From: an uncultured Flavobacteriaceae bacterium
Lineage (GTDB): Bacteria > Pseudomonadota > Alphaproteobacteria > UBA8366 > Aestuariispiraceae
Length of the DNA stretch: 64,000 nucleotides
Assembly: GCA_964352715.1 (NCBI GenBank)
Contig: CAYGSU010000004.1
Span: 56,888-120,887, forward strand
Reading direction: 5' to 3'
Below, in pieces: positions 47,863-57,898 of the stretch (position 1 is its first letter; the number at the start of each line of letters is the position of its first letter). Made by a program: the position numbers and the translations under genes. Under the pieces are notes generated by a model, which saw only the letters and a program-made list of their open reading frames with translations, had not been told where the DNA came from and did not search any database.

Positions 47863-48411
47863 ATGTCTGTGAAAGAACTAATTATTCAGCATTTTAAAGG
47901 TTTGGGAGGTCCAGCTTTGGTTACGATATACGTGGATGCCGATGCCTGCCCGGTAAAGGCGGAGGTTGAACGTGTCGCAGACCGGCACGGGTTGAAGACA
48001 GTTCTGGTCAGCGATGGCGGAATCCGGCCGAGCCCGCATCCGCTGATCAAAGTCGTCACCGTGGCGCGCGGTGCAGACGCCGCCGACGACTGGATTGCCG
48101 ATGCCATCGATGCGGACGATATCTGTGTCACCAACGATATTCCGCTGGCGGCACGGTGTCTGAAGAAGGACGCCCGCGCCATCAGACCGAACGGCGAACC
48201 CTTCACCCAGGCTGGAATCGGCATGACTCTGGCGACACGGGACCTGATGCATGGCCTGCGCGAAACCGGCGCCATCACCGGCGGTCCGAAACCGTTCTCG
48301 AAAGCCGACCGGTCTGCCTTTCTCAACAGATTTGAAACCATGGTGCAGGCCGCCAAACGCTCGGCCGCCGACAGGCCGGCCGGGGTCGACATCAAATCTT
48401 CACAAAAATAG
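47863..48411 (+). CDS. YaiI/YqxD family protein (UPF0178, DUF188)
   Basis: Conserved N-terminus IYVDADACPVK and TNDIPLAA. The start is uncertain. Confidence 0.7.
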   Translation: MSVKELIIQHFKGLGGPALVTIYVDADACPVKAEVERVADRHGLKTVLVSDGGIRPSPHPLIKVVTVARGADAADDWIADAIDADDICVTNDIPLAARCLKKDARAIRPNGEPFTQAGIGMTLATRDLMHGLRETGAITGGPKPFSKADRSAFLNRFETMVQAAKRSAADRPAGVDIKSSQK

Positions 48412-48420
48412 CATTTCAAT

Positions 48421-48440
48421 AGTTCAACAAGTATTGAACT
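48421..48440. promoter_or_regulatory. inverted repeat AGTTCAA-N6-TTGAACT, candidate ArsR operator
   Basis: Perfect 7-bp arms ending 8 nt upstream of the arsR ATG. TATAAAT follows immediately at 48441-48447. Confidence 0.55.
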
Positions 48441-48448
48441 ATAAATCC

Positions 48449-48802
48449 ATGACTGAAGATGATGCTGTTATCAGGCTTGCGGCGTTGGCAAACGCCAATC
48501 GCCTTTCCGTATTCCGGCTGCTGGCGGCGGCGGGCGAGGATGGGCTTCTGGCCGGCGACATCGCATCACAATGCGGCATGCAGCCGTCCAACCTGTCGTT
48601 CCACCTGGCGCATCTGGTCCGCGCCAAACTGATCGCGCCGGATCGTGAAGGGCGCAATATCCGATATCGTCTTATTCTTGCAGAGACCCGCGACACGCTC
48701 GATTTCCTGATCGGCGACTGTTGCGGCGGCCACCCGGAACTCTGCCTGCCGACGCAGGAATCCTGCCTGCCGGCGACCACACTAAGAGCGAAAAGGAGCT
48801 GA
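48449..48802 (+). CDS. arsR: ArsR/SmtB-family metalloregulator
   Basis: [29 protein letters not shown]...[15 protein letters not shown], a winged HTH. C-terminal Cys cluster [11 protein letters not shown]. Confidence 0.85.
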   Translation: MTEDDAVIRLAALANANRLSVFRLLAAAGEDGLLAGDIASQCGMQPSNLSFHLAHLVRAKLIAPDREGRNIRYRLILAETRDTLDFLIGDCCGGHPELCLPTQESCLPATTLRAKRS

Positions 48803-48803
48803 C

Positions 48804-49823
48804 ATGACCGTGCGCGTTGCAATCAACGGAATGGGCCGTATGGGCCGGCTTGGTATCCGCGCCGGGTTCGGCAATCCGGCCTTCCGGTTCGTCGGTGCGA
48901 ACGAATTGCATGGCGATGCCGAAACCGTGGCGCATCTGATCGAATTCGACAGCGTTCATGGCCGATGGACAGGACCGGTATCGCACAGAGCCGGGACGTT
49001 GCTTCTGGGTGAGGATGAATTGCCGCTCGGCAGGGCGGCGTCGCCGGAAGATATCCCGTGGACAGGCGACGATGTCGATATCGTTCTCGAATGTACCGGC
49101 GCGTTCAAAACGGCGGAGAAACTGCAGCCCTATTTCGACAGGGGAATCCGCAAGGTCATCGTATCCGCGCCGGTGAAAGACGCCGAGGCGCTGAATATCG
49201 TGATGGGCGTCAACGATGACCGGTATGACCCGGCGACGCACCGGATTGTCACGGCGGCGTCCTGCACCACCAACTGCCTTGCTCCGGTCGTGAAGGTCAT
49301 TCACGAAAGTCTGGGCATCGTGCACGGCACGATGACAACGGTTCACGATGTCACCAACACCCAGGTGATCATCGATGCCCCGAAGAAAGACCTGCGCCGG
49401 TCGCGGTCCGCCCTCAACTCGCTGATTCCGACGACAACGGGGTCGGCGACTGCAATCACGATGATCTATCCGGAACTCAAGGGGCGGCTGAACGGCCATG
49501 CCATTCGTGTGCCGCTGCTGAACGCCTCGCTGACCGACTGTGTGTTTGAAGTTGGCAAGGATACCGATGTCGATACCGTGAACGGGCTGTTTGAAGCCGC
49601 CGCCGCGACCGGGCCGCTGAAGGGGATTCTGGGCTATGAAACCCGGCCGCTCGTTTCGGTCGATTTCCTTGATGATGACAGGTCAGCCATTATCGATGCG
49701 CCGTCGACCATGGTCGTTGACAAGCGGATGGTGAAGATCTTCGCCTGGTATGACAATGAATGGGCGTACATGAAGCGGATGATGGACCTGACCGCCATGG
49801 TCGCCCGTGGTCTTTCCCGGTAA
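48804..49823 (+). CDS. ArsJ-associated glyceraldehyde-3-phosphate dehydrogenase
   Basis: 339 aa, with INGMGRMGR and active site ASCTTNC. It sits directly upstream of arsJ. Confidence 0.85.
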   Translation: MTVRVAINGMGRMGRLGIRAGFGNPAFRFVGANELHGDAETVAHLIEFDSVHGRWTGPVSHRAGTLLLGEDELPLGRAASPEDIPWTGDDVDIVLECTGAFKTAEKLQPYFDRGIRKVIVSAPVKDAEALNIVMGVNDDRYDPATHRIVTAASCTTNCLAPVVKVIHESLGIVHGTMTTVHDVTNTQVIIDAPKKDLRRSRSALNSLIPTTTGSATAITMIYPELKGRLNGHAIRVPLLNASLTDCVFEVGKDTDVDTVNGLFEAAAATGPLKGILGYETRPLVSVDFLDDDRSAIIDAPSTMVVDKRMVKIFAWYDNEWAYMKRMMDLTAMVARGLSR

Positions 49824-49845
49824 CCGGTGGCGCAGGGCAAACGGC

Positions 49846-51102
49846 ATGACATCGATGCGTGACTACGGAACGGTAACCGCTGCCTACTGGGCTTTCACCC
49901 TGACGGACGGTGCATTGCGCATGCTGGTGCTGCTGCATTTCCACAGACTGGGATATTCGCCGCTGGATATCGCCGTTCTGTTTCTGATGTACGAGGCGAT
50001 GGGTGTTGCGACCAATTTTATCGGCGGCTGGATCGGCTCCCGCTTCGGCCTGCGCATCACGCTGTTTTCGGGTTTGGCGGTGCAGATCGCGGCGCTGACC
50101 ATGCTGTCCTTTGTTGACCCCGGCTGGGTCGCAGCGGTTTCGGTCGCCTATGTGATGGTGTCCCAGGCGCTGTCCGGCATCGCCAAGGACCTGACGAAAA
50201 TGAGTTCGAAATCGGCCGTCAAGCTGGTGGTTGCGGCCGGCGATCAGGGCGGCCTGTTCAAATGGGTGGCGATCCTGACCGGGTCGAAAAACGCGCTGAA
50301 GGGCATCGGATTTCTGCTCGGCGGGGTGTTGCTGCAAACCTTCGGGTTTCAGATTTCCCTGTGGGGGATGGCCAGCATGCTGGCCCTGGTTCTTACCGGG
50401 ACGACTCTGCTGGTGCAGGCCGATCTGGGCCGAGCCAAAACCAAGATCAAATCCCGCGAGCTGTTTTCGAAAACACGGGATATCAACTTCCTGTCGGCGG
50501 CACGGATATTCCTGTTCGCGTCCCGGGATGTCTGGTTTGTCGTCGGCGTGCCGATTTTCCTGTACGAGCAGGCAGGCTGGCGGTTTGATGAAGTGGGCGC
50601 GTTCATGGCGGTCTGGGTTGTCGGTTACGGCATCGTCCAGGCACTGGCCCCGGGCCTGCTGGGCAGAAGGGCATCCGCCGCTGCGGTGCAGGCAAAGCTC
50701 TGGAGCGTGATCCTGATGGTTCTGCCCGTCCTGCTGGCAGTGGCGCTGATGCCGGGCGGACCGGTCGCGGTTTCCGGTGCGGCTGATACGATGGTGCTTG
50801 TTGCCGGATTGCTGGTGTTCGGCGCTGTTTTTGCGATCAACTCGTCGCTGCATTCCTATCTGATCGTCGCCTATTCCGATGCCGACAAGATCGCGATGAA
50901 TGTCGGCTTCTACTATATGGCCAATGCCGTGGGCCGTTTCGGCGGCACGTTCCTTTCCGGATATCTCTACCAATTGCATGGCCTGTCTGGCACGTTGTGG
51001 GCTTCTGCGATTCTGATCGGTCTGGCTGTGATCTTCACGCTGCCTCTGGGCCGGCCGGACGGCGCAAAGACAGCAAGCCACGAAACGGGTAAAAAGGCAT
51101 GA
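49846..51102 (+). CDS. arsJ: MFS transporter ArsJ (1-arseno-3-phosphoglycerate efflux type)
   Basis: Start ATG 49846. N-terminus [33 protein letters not shown]. It has 12-TM character. Confidence 0.75.
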   Translation: MTSMRDYGTVTAAYWAFTLTDGALRMLVLLHFHRLGYSPLDIAVLFLMYEAMGVATNFIGGWIGSRFGLRITLFSGLAVQIAALTMLSFVDPGWVAAVSVAYVMVSQALSGIAKDLTKMSSKSAVKLVVAAGDQGGLFKWVAILTGSKNALKGIGFLLGGVLLQTFGFQISLWGMASMLALVLTGTTLLVQADLGRAKTKIKSRELFSKTRDINFLSAARIFLFASRDVWFVVGVPIFLYEQAGWRFDEVGAFMAVWVVGYGIVQALAPGLLGRRASAAAVQAKLWSVILMVLPVLLAVALMPGGPVAVSGAADTMVLVAGLLVFGAVFAINSSLHSYLIVAYSDADKIAMNVGFYYMANAVGRFGGTFLSGYLYQLHGLSGTLWASAILIGLAVIFTLPLGRPDGAKTASHETGKKA

Positions 51103-52181
51103 CAAAAGCTGTTGCAGACAGGGAAGGGTTGGCCGCGCCCGGAATCGGATTCTTCGAAAAATTTCTGTCGGTATGGGTCGCGCTCTGCATTGCGGCTGGG
51201 ATAAGTCTTGGCAGCGTTCTGCCCGGCCTGTTTCAGACGCTGGCCGGCTGGGAATATGCGAATGTCAATCTGGTCGTCGCGGTTCTGATCTGGGGCATGG
51301 TCTACCCGATGATGGTGAATGTTGATTTCGCCAGCCTCCGCCATATCGGCGACCGGCCCAAAGGCCTCGTCATCACCGTTATCGTAAACTGGCTGATCAA
51401 ACCATTCACCATGGTCGCGCTGGGCATCCTGTTTTTTGAAGGGCTGTTCAAGGATTTCATCGCGCCGGCGGATGCGCAGCAATACATTGCCGGCATGATC
51501 CTGCTCGGCGCTGCGCCCTGCACGGCGATGGTGTTCGTCTGGTCGCATCTGACCAGGGGCGACTCCACCTATACCCTGGTGCAGGTATCGCTGAACGACG
51601 TCATCATGATTTTCGCCTTTGCGCCGCTTGTGGCCGTGCTGCTGGGTGTCACCGATATCGTTGTGCCGTGGGAAACCCTGCTTTTGTCGGTCGGCCTCTA
51701 TGTCGTGATTCCGCTTGTCGCCGGCATCGTGACGCGAAAGATACTTGTTGGACGCGCTGGCGGCACCGCTGAAGGCGCGGCTGCGGTCGAGCGCTTTACG
51801 GCGCGCATCAAGCCGCTATCCGTCCTTTCGCTGCTTACGACGGTGGTTTTGCTGTTCGGGTTTCAGGGGCATGTCATTCTCGACCGGCCGCTGCTGATCG
51901 GCCTGATCGCCGTGCCGCTGCTGGTGCAGTCCTACGGCATTTTCGCCATCGCCTATGGCGCCGCCTGGCTGTGGCGGGTGCCGTTCAATGTCGCTGCACC
52001 CTGTGCGCTGATCGGCACGTCGAACTTTTTCGAGCTGGCGGTGGCGGTGGCGATCAGCCTGTTCGGGCTGAATTCCGGCGCGGCGCTGACCACGGTTGTC
52101 GGCGTGCTGGTCGAAGTGCCGGTCATGCTGTCGCTCGTCGCCTTCGCCAACAGAACCCGGCACCGCTTTCCGGTGGCGTGA
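51099..52181 (+). CDS. acr3: ACR3-family arsenite efflux permease
   Basis: 360 aa. [17 protein letters not shown]...[26 protein letters not shown] overlap with arsJ. Confidence 0.85.
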   Translation: MTKAVADREGLAAPGIGFFEKFLSVWVALCIAAGISLGSVLPGLFQTLAGWEYANVNLVVAVLIWGMVYPMMVNVDFASLRHIGDRPKGLVITVIVNWLIKPFTMVALGILFFEGLFKDFIAPADAQQYIAGMILLGAAPCTAMVFVWSHLTRGDSTYTLVQVSLNDVIMIFAFAPLVAVLLGVTDIVVPWETLLLSVGLYVVIPLVAGIVTRKILVGRAGGTAEGAAAVERFTARIKPLSVLSLLTTVVLLFGFQGHVILDRPLLIGLIAVPLLVQSYGIFAIAYGAAWLWRVPFNVAAPCALIGTSNFFELAVAVAISLFGLNSGAALTTVVGVLVEVPVMLSLVAFANRTRHRFPVA

Positions 52182-52212
52182 CAAACCGACCCGACCGACA
52201 TTCAGGCAAAAC

Positions 52213-52240
52213 AAAACCCCTTGGTTTCCCAAGGGGTTTT
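52213..52240. terminator. bidirectional rho-independent terminator
   Basis: AAAA-CCCCTTGG-TTTC-CCAAGGGG-TTTT, lying between the acr3 stop and the tRNA-Ala 3' end. Confidence 0.85.
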
Positions 52241-52242
52241 GA

Positions 52243-52318
<76 letters not shown>

Positions 52319-52425
52319 TGATGCCCGCTGCGGCGCGGATTTTCCTTGCCGGACGGGCGAGGGTTATACGCGCGGGCGGCGATCAGGCAAGAAAATTCTG
52401 GCCCGTCGCCTGTCCGCACGGCGTT

Positions 52426-52749
52426 CTAGTCGTCGTCGGTCGGTTTCACGACCGGTGGCACGTCGTCGTCTTCGTCCAGGTCGCTGGTATCTTCCAGCAT
52501 CGTATCGTCGTCATCATCGACATCGTCGTCATCATCGTCATCGCTGACATCGTCGACTTCCGCTTCCTTGGCCTTTTTCTTGGCGTCGTCATTGGCCGGT
52601 GCGCCGCGTCCGCGCTTCAGTTTTGTCGCCGCTTCCGGATCGAACGTCTCCGAGCAGGCGGGACACACGATCGGGTCGCTTTGCAGATCATAGAACTTCG
52701 CGCCGCAGCTGAGGCAGATGCGCTTGATGCCGAGTTCCGGTTTGGCCAC
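52426..52749 (-). CDS. TIGR02300-type FYDLN_acid zinc-ribbon protein with a poly-Asp tail
   Basis: GTG 52749 with AAGGAG upstream. VAKPELGIKRICLSCGAKFYDLQSDPIVCPACSETF, followed by a D/E-rich C-terminus. Confidence 0.8.
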   Translation of the reverse strand: MAKPELGIKRICLSCGAKFYDLQSDPIVCPACSETFDPEAATKLKRGRGAPANDDAKKKAKEAEVDDVSDDDDDDDVDDDDDTMLEDTSDLDEDDDVPPVVKPTDDD

Positions 52750-52929
52750 GGGCCATCTCCTTAGGATATGGGACATATGCGTATGAGTGGCGCGAAATGC
52801 CAAATTCAGCCGGTTCTGTCAAAGCTTATTACCATTACCGGCCTCGAAATCGATGCTTTGATGGGCGTGACGCGGTGGATTGGTCATGATAGACACGCGC
52901 GATCAAATTCTGGCTGAAAGGTTTCCCCG

Positions 52930-54270
52930 GTGTCGAACCCGTCAAAACGCCCGATGATTGCCCGCTCCGGGTCGTCGCTTTCGGGGCTGGCCGATGTGCC
53001 GGGCGACAAGTCGATTTCGCATCGCGCCCTGATGTTTGGCGCGCTTACGGCCGGTCGTACGGAAATTTCCGGCCTGTTGACCGGCGAGGATGTGCTGGCG
53101 ACCGCGGCGGCGTTCCGGGCGATGGGGGCCAGGATTGAAACCGGAGACGACGGTATATGGCGAGTCGACGGCGTCGGCATCGGCGGCCTGACCGAACCTG
53201 CCGACCTTCTGGACATGGGCAACAGCGGCACGGCGGCACGCCTGATCCTGGGAGTTCTGGCGGGGCATGGCATGACCGCCTTTCTGACCGGCGACGCCTC
53301 GTTGCGCAGCCGGCCGATGAACCGGGTCATCACACCGCTGGAACAGATGGGCGCTATATTTACGTGCCGCTCGGGCGGCCGGCTGCCGCTGGCGATTACC
53401 GGAAGGGTCGAACCAATGCCGATCCGCTACGATCTGCCGGTTGCATCCGCCCAGGTGAAATCTGCGGTTCTGCTGGCCGGGTTGGCGGCGCGCGGGGCAA
53501 CGACGGTGATCGAACATGCACCGACCCGTGATCATACGGAAAACATGCTGCGCCATTTCGGCGCAGTGGTTGAGGTTGAGGAAGCGGAAGACGGCGGCCG
53601 CATCGTTACCGTTCAGGGGCAGCCGGAACTGGTAGCCGCGCCGATCGCCGTGCCGTCCGACCCCAGCTCCGCCGCCTTTCCGATGGTGGCGGCAGCTCTG
53701 GTGGACGGGTCTGACGTGTCTCTGCCGGGTATCTGCCTGAACCCGACCCGCACCGGCCTGATGACCTGCCTGCAGGAAATGGGTGCGAATCTGACAATCG
53801 GTAACGAACGGGTCGAAGGCGGCGAACCGGTCGGCGACGTTGTTATCCGGGCCGGTAGTCTGAAAGGGATAGAGGTGCCGCCGGACCGCGCCCCCAGCAT
53901 GATCGATGAATATCCGATCCTGGCGGTTGCGGCCGCTCACGCCGAAGGCGAAACCCTGATGACCGGTATCGGCGAATTGCGGGTCAAGGAATCCGACCGC
54001 CTCGCCGCCGTCGTTGCCGGCCTGCGGGCGAACGGCGTTGCGGTTGAAGATGGCGAGGACTGGATGAAGGTAACCGGCACCGGCGGCGCGATCCCTGGCG
54101 GCGGCATGGTGGAAACCCATTTTGACCATCGCATCGCCATGAGTTTTCTGGTCATGGGGTTGGCCGCAATGAAACCGGTGACAGTGGATGACGGCACGGC
54201 TATCGCCACCAGCTTCCCCGATTTTCTGGATATCATGACTGGCCTTGGCGCCGATATGGGGGCCGCATGA
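52930..54270 (+). CDS. aroA: 3-phosphoshikimate 1-carboxyvinyltransferase (EPSP synthase)
   Basis: 446 aa, with VPGDKSISHRALMFGAL. The start is GTG 52930 or ATG 52954. Confidence 0.92.
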   Translation: MSNPSKRPMIARSGSSLSGLADVPGDKSISHRALMFGALTAGRTEISGLLTGEDVLATAAAFRAMGARIETGDDGIWRVDGVGIGGLTEPADLLDMGNSGTAARLILGVLAGHGMTAFLTGDASLRSRPMNRVITPLEQMGAIFTCRSGGRLPLAITGRVEPMPIRYDLPVASAQVKSAVLLAGLAARGATTVIEHAPTRDHTENMLRHFGAVVEVEEAEDGGRIVTVQGQPELVAAPIAVPSDPSSAAFPMVAAALVDGSDVSLPGICLNPTRTGLMTCLQEMGANLTIGNERVEGGEPVGDVVIRAGSLKGIEVPPDRAPSMIDEYPILAVAAAHAEGETLMTGIGELRVKESDRLAAVVAGLRANGVAVEDGEDWMKVTGTGGAIPGGGMVETHFDHRIAMSFLVMGLAAMKPVTVDDGTAIATSFPDFLDIMTGLGADMGAA

Positions 54271-54911
54271 CCGTTATCGCTGTCGATGGGCCTGCCGCCA
54301 GCGGCAAGGGCACGGTATCGCGCATGCTGGCGAATGAACTGGGTTTTGCCTATCTCGACACCGGCAAGCTGTACCGCGCCGTCGGTCTGGCGGTTCTGAA
54401 GGCCGGTGGTGATCCGTCAGAGCCTGCCGATGCGGAACCCGCCGCGAGGTCCCTCGACCCGGCCGGACTGGACGATCCGGCCCTGAAAAGCGACGAAGCG
54501 GCGTCGGCGGCCTCGAAAGTAGCGGCGATCAACGGGGTTCGGGCAGCCCTTTTGCAGTTCCAACGTGAGTTCGCGGCCCGGCCGCCGAACGGCGAACCGG
54601 GGGCTGTGCTGGATGGCCGCGACATCGGCACGGTCGTGTGTCCGGATGCCGATGTGAAGCTTTTTGTGACCGCTTCGGTAGAGATTCGTGCCGAAAGACG
54701 GCACAAAGAGTTGCTTGGACGGGGCGATACCAGTATATACGCGCGCGTCTTGCAGGATTTGCAGGAACGGGACGCCCGTGATTCAGCGCGCTCAGTTGCG
54801 CCGATGAAGCCGGCGGAAGATGCCTTCGAGCTCGATACGACCTCGCTCAGCATCGACCAGGCCCTTGAAGCCGCCCTGACCCTGACAAAAGCGACCTTGG
54901 CCAAGCGGTGA
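54267..54911 (+). CDS. cmk: cytidylate kinase
   Basis: P-loop IAVDGPAASGKGT. ATGA overlap with aroA. Confidence 0.92.
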   Translation: MTVIAVDGPAASGKGTVSRMLANELGFAYLDTGKLYRAVGLAVLKAGGDPSEPADAEPAARSLDPAGLDDPALKSDEAASAASKVAAINGVRAALLQFQREFAARPPNGEPGAVLDGRDIGTVVCPDADVKLFVTASVEIRAERRHKELLGRGDTSIYARVLQDLQERDARDSARSVAPMKPAEDAFELDTTSLSIDQALEAALTLTKATLAKR

Positions 54912-55091
54912 TCCGCAGCTTTCAGGTTATCCATTGCAAGCGCATCGCAGGACGGTGAAGCCTCACGCCGCCCTGCACCCGTTCCGGGATTTATTGAAAC
55001 AAACGGGGCTAGACCGCCGGAGACAACCGGACGGCATGAATACGATGAGAAGACTGAAAGGATTTTTAGACACATGGGTTCTGAACCTGCA

Positions 55092-56771
55092 ATGAGCGAA
55101 AATTTCGCCGATCTTTTGGAAGAAAGCCTCGGCGGCCGCGATAGCCTGGAAGGCACCGTGGTAACCGGTACCGTCGTTTCCGTAGATAACGACATGGCGA
55201 TGATCGATGTCGGCCTGAAGGCCGAAGGTCGTGTAGCCCTCAAGGAATTCGGCTCTCCCGGTCAGCCGGCCAACATCAAGGCGGGCGACACGGTTGAAGT
55301 CTTCGTCGAACGGATGGAAGACAAGAACGGTGAAGCCATGCTGTCGCGCGAACGCGCGAAGCGGGAAGAAGCCTGGACCAAGCTGGAACAGGATTTCAAC
55401 AAGGAAGCCCGTGTCACCGGTTCGATCTTCGGCCGGGTCAAGGGCGGTTTCACGGTGGATCTGGGCGGCGCGGTTGCGTTCCTGCCCGGCAGCCAGGTCG
55501 ATATCCGTCCGGTTCGCGACATCACCCCGCTGATGAACACGCCGCAGCCTTTCCAGATCCTGAAAATGGACCGGGCGCGCGGCAACATCGTCGTTTCCCG
55601 CCGGGCGGTTCTGGAAGAAACCCGCGCCGAACAGCGGTCGGAACTGATCGAGAACCTCAAGGAAGGCATGGTGCTGGACGGTGTGGTCAAGAACATCACC
55701 GATTACGGCGCGTTCGTCGATCTCGGCGGCGTCGATGGCCTGCTGCATGTCACCGACATTTCCTGGAAGCGCATTAACCATCCGTCGGAAGTGCTGCAGT
55801 TCGGCCAGAACGTGAAGGTTCAGGTTATCCGCTTCAATTCGGAAACCCAGCGCATTTCGCTTGGCATGAAGCAGCTTGAAGCCGATCCGTGGGATGCGGT
55901 CGAAAGCAAGTATCCTTTGGGCGCCAAGTTCTCCGGCACGGTCACGAACATCACCGATTACGGCGCGTTCGTTGAACTTGAGGCAGGCATCGAAGGTCTG
56001 GTTCACGTATCGGAAATGAGCTGGACCAAGAAAAACGTGCATCCGGGCAAGATCATTTCGACCAGCCAGGATGTCGATGTCATGGTGCTGGACGTGGATT
56101 CGCAGAAGCGGCGGATCTCGCTGGGCATCAAGCAGTGTGCCGACAACCCGTGGGAAGCGTTTGCCGCCGAACACCCGGTCGGTACCGAAATCGAAGGCGA
56201 AGTGAAGAACGTGACCGAATTCGGCATGTTCGTCGGTCTGCAGGGCGACATCGACGGCATGGTTCACATGTCCGATATCTCCTGGGACAAGTCTTCGGAA
56301 GAAGCCCTGCAGGACTTCGAAAAGGGACAGATGGTAAAGGCCAAGGTCCTGGATATCGATGTCGACAAGGAACGCATCTCGCTTGGCGTCAAGCAATTGT
56401 CGGACGACCCGTTCCAGGGTGCGACCGATGGTGTCAAGAAAGGCGATGTGGTTACCTGCGAAGTCTCGAAAGTCACCGATGGCGGTATCGAAGTCACCGT
56501 CAACGGCGCGCCGGGCTTCATCCGCAAGGCCGACCTGTCGCGGGATCGTTCGGAACAGCGTCCGGACCGCTTCGCAGCCGGCGAGAAGGTTGATGCCAAG
56601 GTTACCGCCGTCGATCGGTCGAGCCGCAAGCTGACCCTCTCGATCAAGGCCTATGAACAGGCTGAAGAGAAAGAGGCGATGGCCAATTTCGGGTCTTCCG
56701 ATTCAGGCGCATCGCTGGGCGATATTCTCGGCGCTGCCTTGCAGAAACGCGAGAACGAAGAAAAAGAATAG
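55092..56771 (+). CDS. rpsA: 30S ribosomal protein S1
   Basis: Six S1 repeats (e.g. GTVVSVDNDMAMIDVGLKAEG). Start ATG 55092 (MSENFADLLEESL). Confidence 0.95.
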   Translation: MSENFADLLEESLGGRDSLEGTVVTGTVVSVDNDMAMIDVGLKAEGRVALKEFGSPGQPANIKAGDTVEVFVERMEDKNGEAMLSRERAKREEAWTKLEQDFNKEARVTGSIFGRVKGGFTVDLGGAVAFLPGSQVDIRPVRDITPLMNTPQPFQILKMDRARGNIVVSRRAVLEETRAEQRSELIENLKEGMVLDGVVKNITDYGAFVDLGGVDGLLHVTDISWKRINHPSEVLQFGQNVKVQVIRFNSETQRISLGMKQLEADPWDAVESKYPLGAKFSGTVTNITDYGAFVELEAGIEGLVHVSEMSWTKKNVHPGKIISTSQDVDVMVLDVDSQKRRISLGIKQCADNPWEAFAAEHPVGTEIEGEVKNVTEFGMFVGLQGDIDGMVHMSDISWDKSSEEALQDFEKGQMVKAKVLDIDVDKERISLGVKQLSDDPFQGATDGVKKGDVVTCEVSKVTDGGIEVTVNGAPGFIRKADLSRDRSEQRPDRFAAGEKVDAKVTAVDRSSRKLTLSIKAYEQAEEKEAMANFGSSDSGASLGDILGAALQKRENEEKE

Positions 56772-56810
56772 ACCGTCACGGCCCAGGCCGACCGATGGCA
56801 AGAAAGACAG

Positions 56811-56847
56811 ACGCCCGGTGGTTCATTCTGCCGGGCGTTTTCCTTTT
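56811..56847 (+). terminator. rho-independent terminator after rpsA
   Basis: Stem ACGCCCGG / CCGGGCGT, a 12-nt loop, then TTTCCTTTT. Confidence 0.7.
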
Positions 56848-57113
56848 GCGGCGGCGCCTTTTTCAATGCCGGTGCGGCGGCGAATCCGCAGCGCCGTTTC
56901 TGTCGTGTTTGAGACTCTGGCGCGACATTCGGGTCCGCTCGCCGCATCCGGGTGACGCCGCGGGGCGTAAATCCTGAAATTTGAGGGCGAATCCGGCATG
57001 CTGGCGCTTGACGCTCGCGTCAATCTGGGCAACCTTTTCAACGGTCTAACCCGTAGGCATGCGCTGACGGGCGAAGAATTTCGGTCGATGGACGACCTTT
57101 GAGGGGGAATCAG

Positions 57114-57410
57114 ATGACACGCTCGGAGCTGATCGCACGGATCGCCCAGCAGAAACAGGAAGAGGGTCTCGACCTGAAACAGCGCGATATCGAACGAATC
57201 GTTGCGACGATTTTCGACGAAATTTCGGCGGCGCTGGCGCGGGGAGACCGGGTCGAACTTCGCGGCTTCGGCGCCTTTTCCGTCAAGCATCGAGACGCCC
57301 GTGTCGGCCGCAACCCGCGCACCGGCGCGTCGGTCGAAGTCGGCTCGAAGGCGATCCCGTTTTTCAAGACCGGCAAGCAACTGCGCGACCGTCTCAACGC
57401 AGGCAGTTGA
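57114..57410 (+). CDS. ihfB: integration host factor beta subunit
   Basis: [12 protein letters not shown]...[31 protein letters not shown]. Confidence 0.92.
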   Translation: MTRSELIARIAQQKQEEGLDLKQRDIERIVATIFDEISAALARGDRVELRGFGAFSVKHRDARVGRNPRTGASVEVGSKAIPFFKTGKQLRDRLNAGS

Positions 57411-57496
57411 CAATAACGCAGACGAATTGCATGTCGAAGCGAAGGTTTCGCCGGACGGGGCTGCCGTCCATTCGTTGACGTTGAGGTCGCCTCAGA

Positions 57497-57898
57497 ATGA
57501 ACTGGATTTCGTGGATACTGGTTGGCGTGGTCGGGACGATCATCGCGATCTTCGCGGTGAACAACCGCGACGTGATAGAGCTTACCCTGTGGCCGTCGCC
57601 ATTTGTGGTTACCCTGCCGGCCTATCTGCTGATCCTCGGGCCGTTTGTCGGCGGGGTTCTGATCGGCTGGATATGGTCGTGGCTGGTGGCCGGCAAAACG
57701 CGCGCGCGGGCGCGCCGGGCCGAATATTCCGCCAAGGTCAAACAACGTGATCTGGATGTATTGTACCAGAAGCTGAAAGTCGCCGAGACGGCAAAGCAGG
57801 AAGCCGAAGAGCAGGCTGAAGCCATTCAGATTGAGAACGACAACGCGGCCAAGGCGCTGACCGGGCCTGAACAAGCAAAGAAAGCCAGTAATGCCTGA
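57497..57898 (+). CDS. lapA: LapA-family (DUF1049) inner-membrane protein
   Basis: Two TM helices followed by a coiled-coil tail. It is in the conserved position after ihfB. Confidence 0.75.
   Translation: MNWISWILVGVVGTIIAIFAVNNRDVIELTLWPSPFVVTLPAYLLILGPFVGGVLIGWIWSWLVAGKTRARARRAEYSAKVKQRDLDVLYQKLKVAETAKQEAEEQAEAIQIENDNAAKALTGPEQAKKASNA

Noticed and set aside
49690-51105. 471-aa minus-strand ORF
   Set aside because: It is antisense to arsJ and is Arg/His/Gln/Pro-rich with no membrane or enzyme motif.
52440-52560. Repetitive GTCGTC/ATCATC DNA, considered as a tandem repeat or spacer array
   Set aside because: It is the coding sequence of the poly-Asp tail of the FYDLN_acid protein. It is codon-level low complexity, not a structured repeat or CRISPR.
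52942-54129. 395-aa minus-strand ORF
   Set aside because: It is antisense to aroA.
54963-56396. 477-aa minus-strand ORF
   Set aside because: It is antisense to rpsA, whose six S1 repeats are unambiguous.
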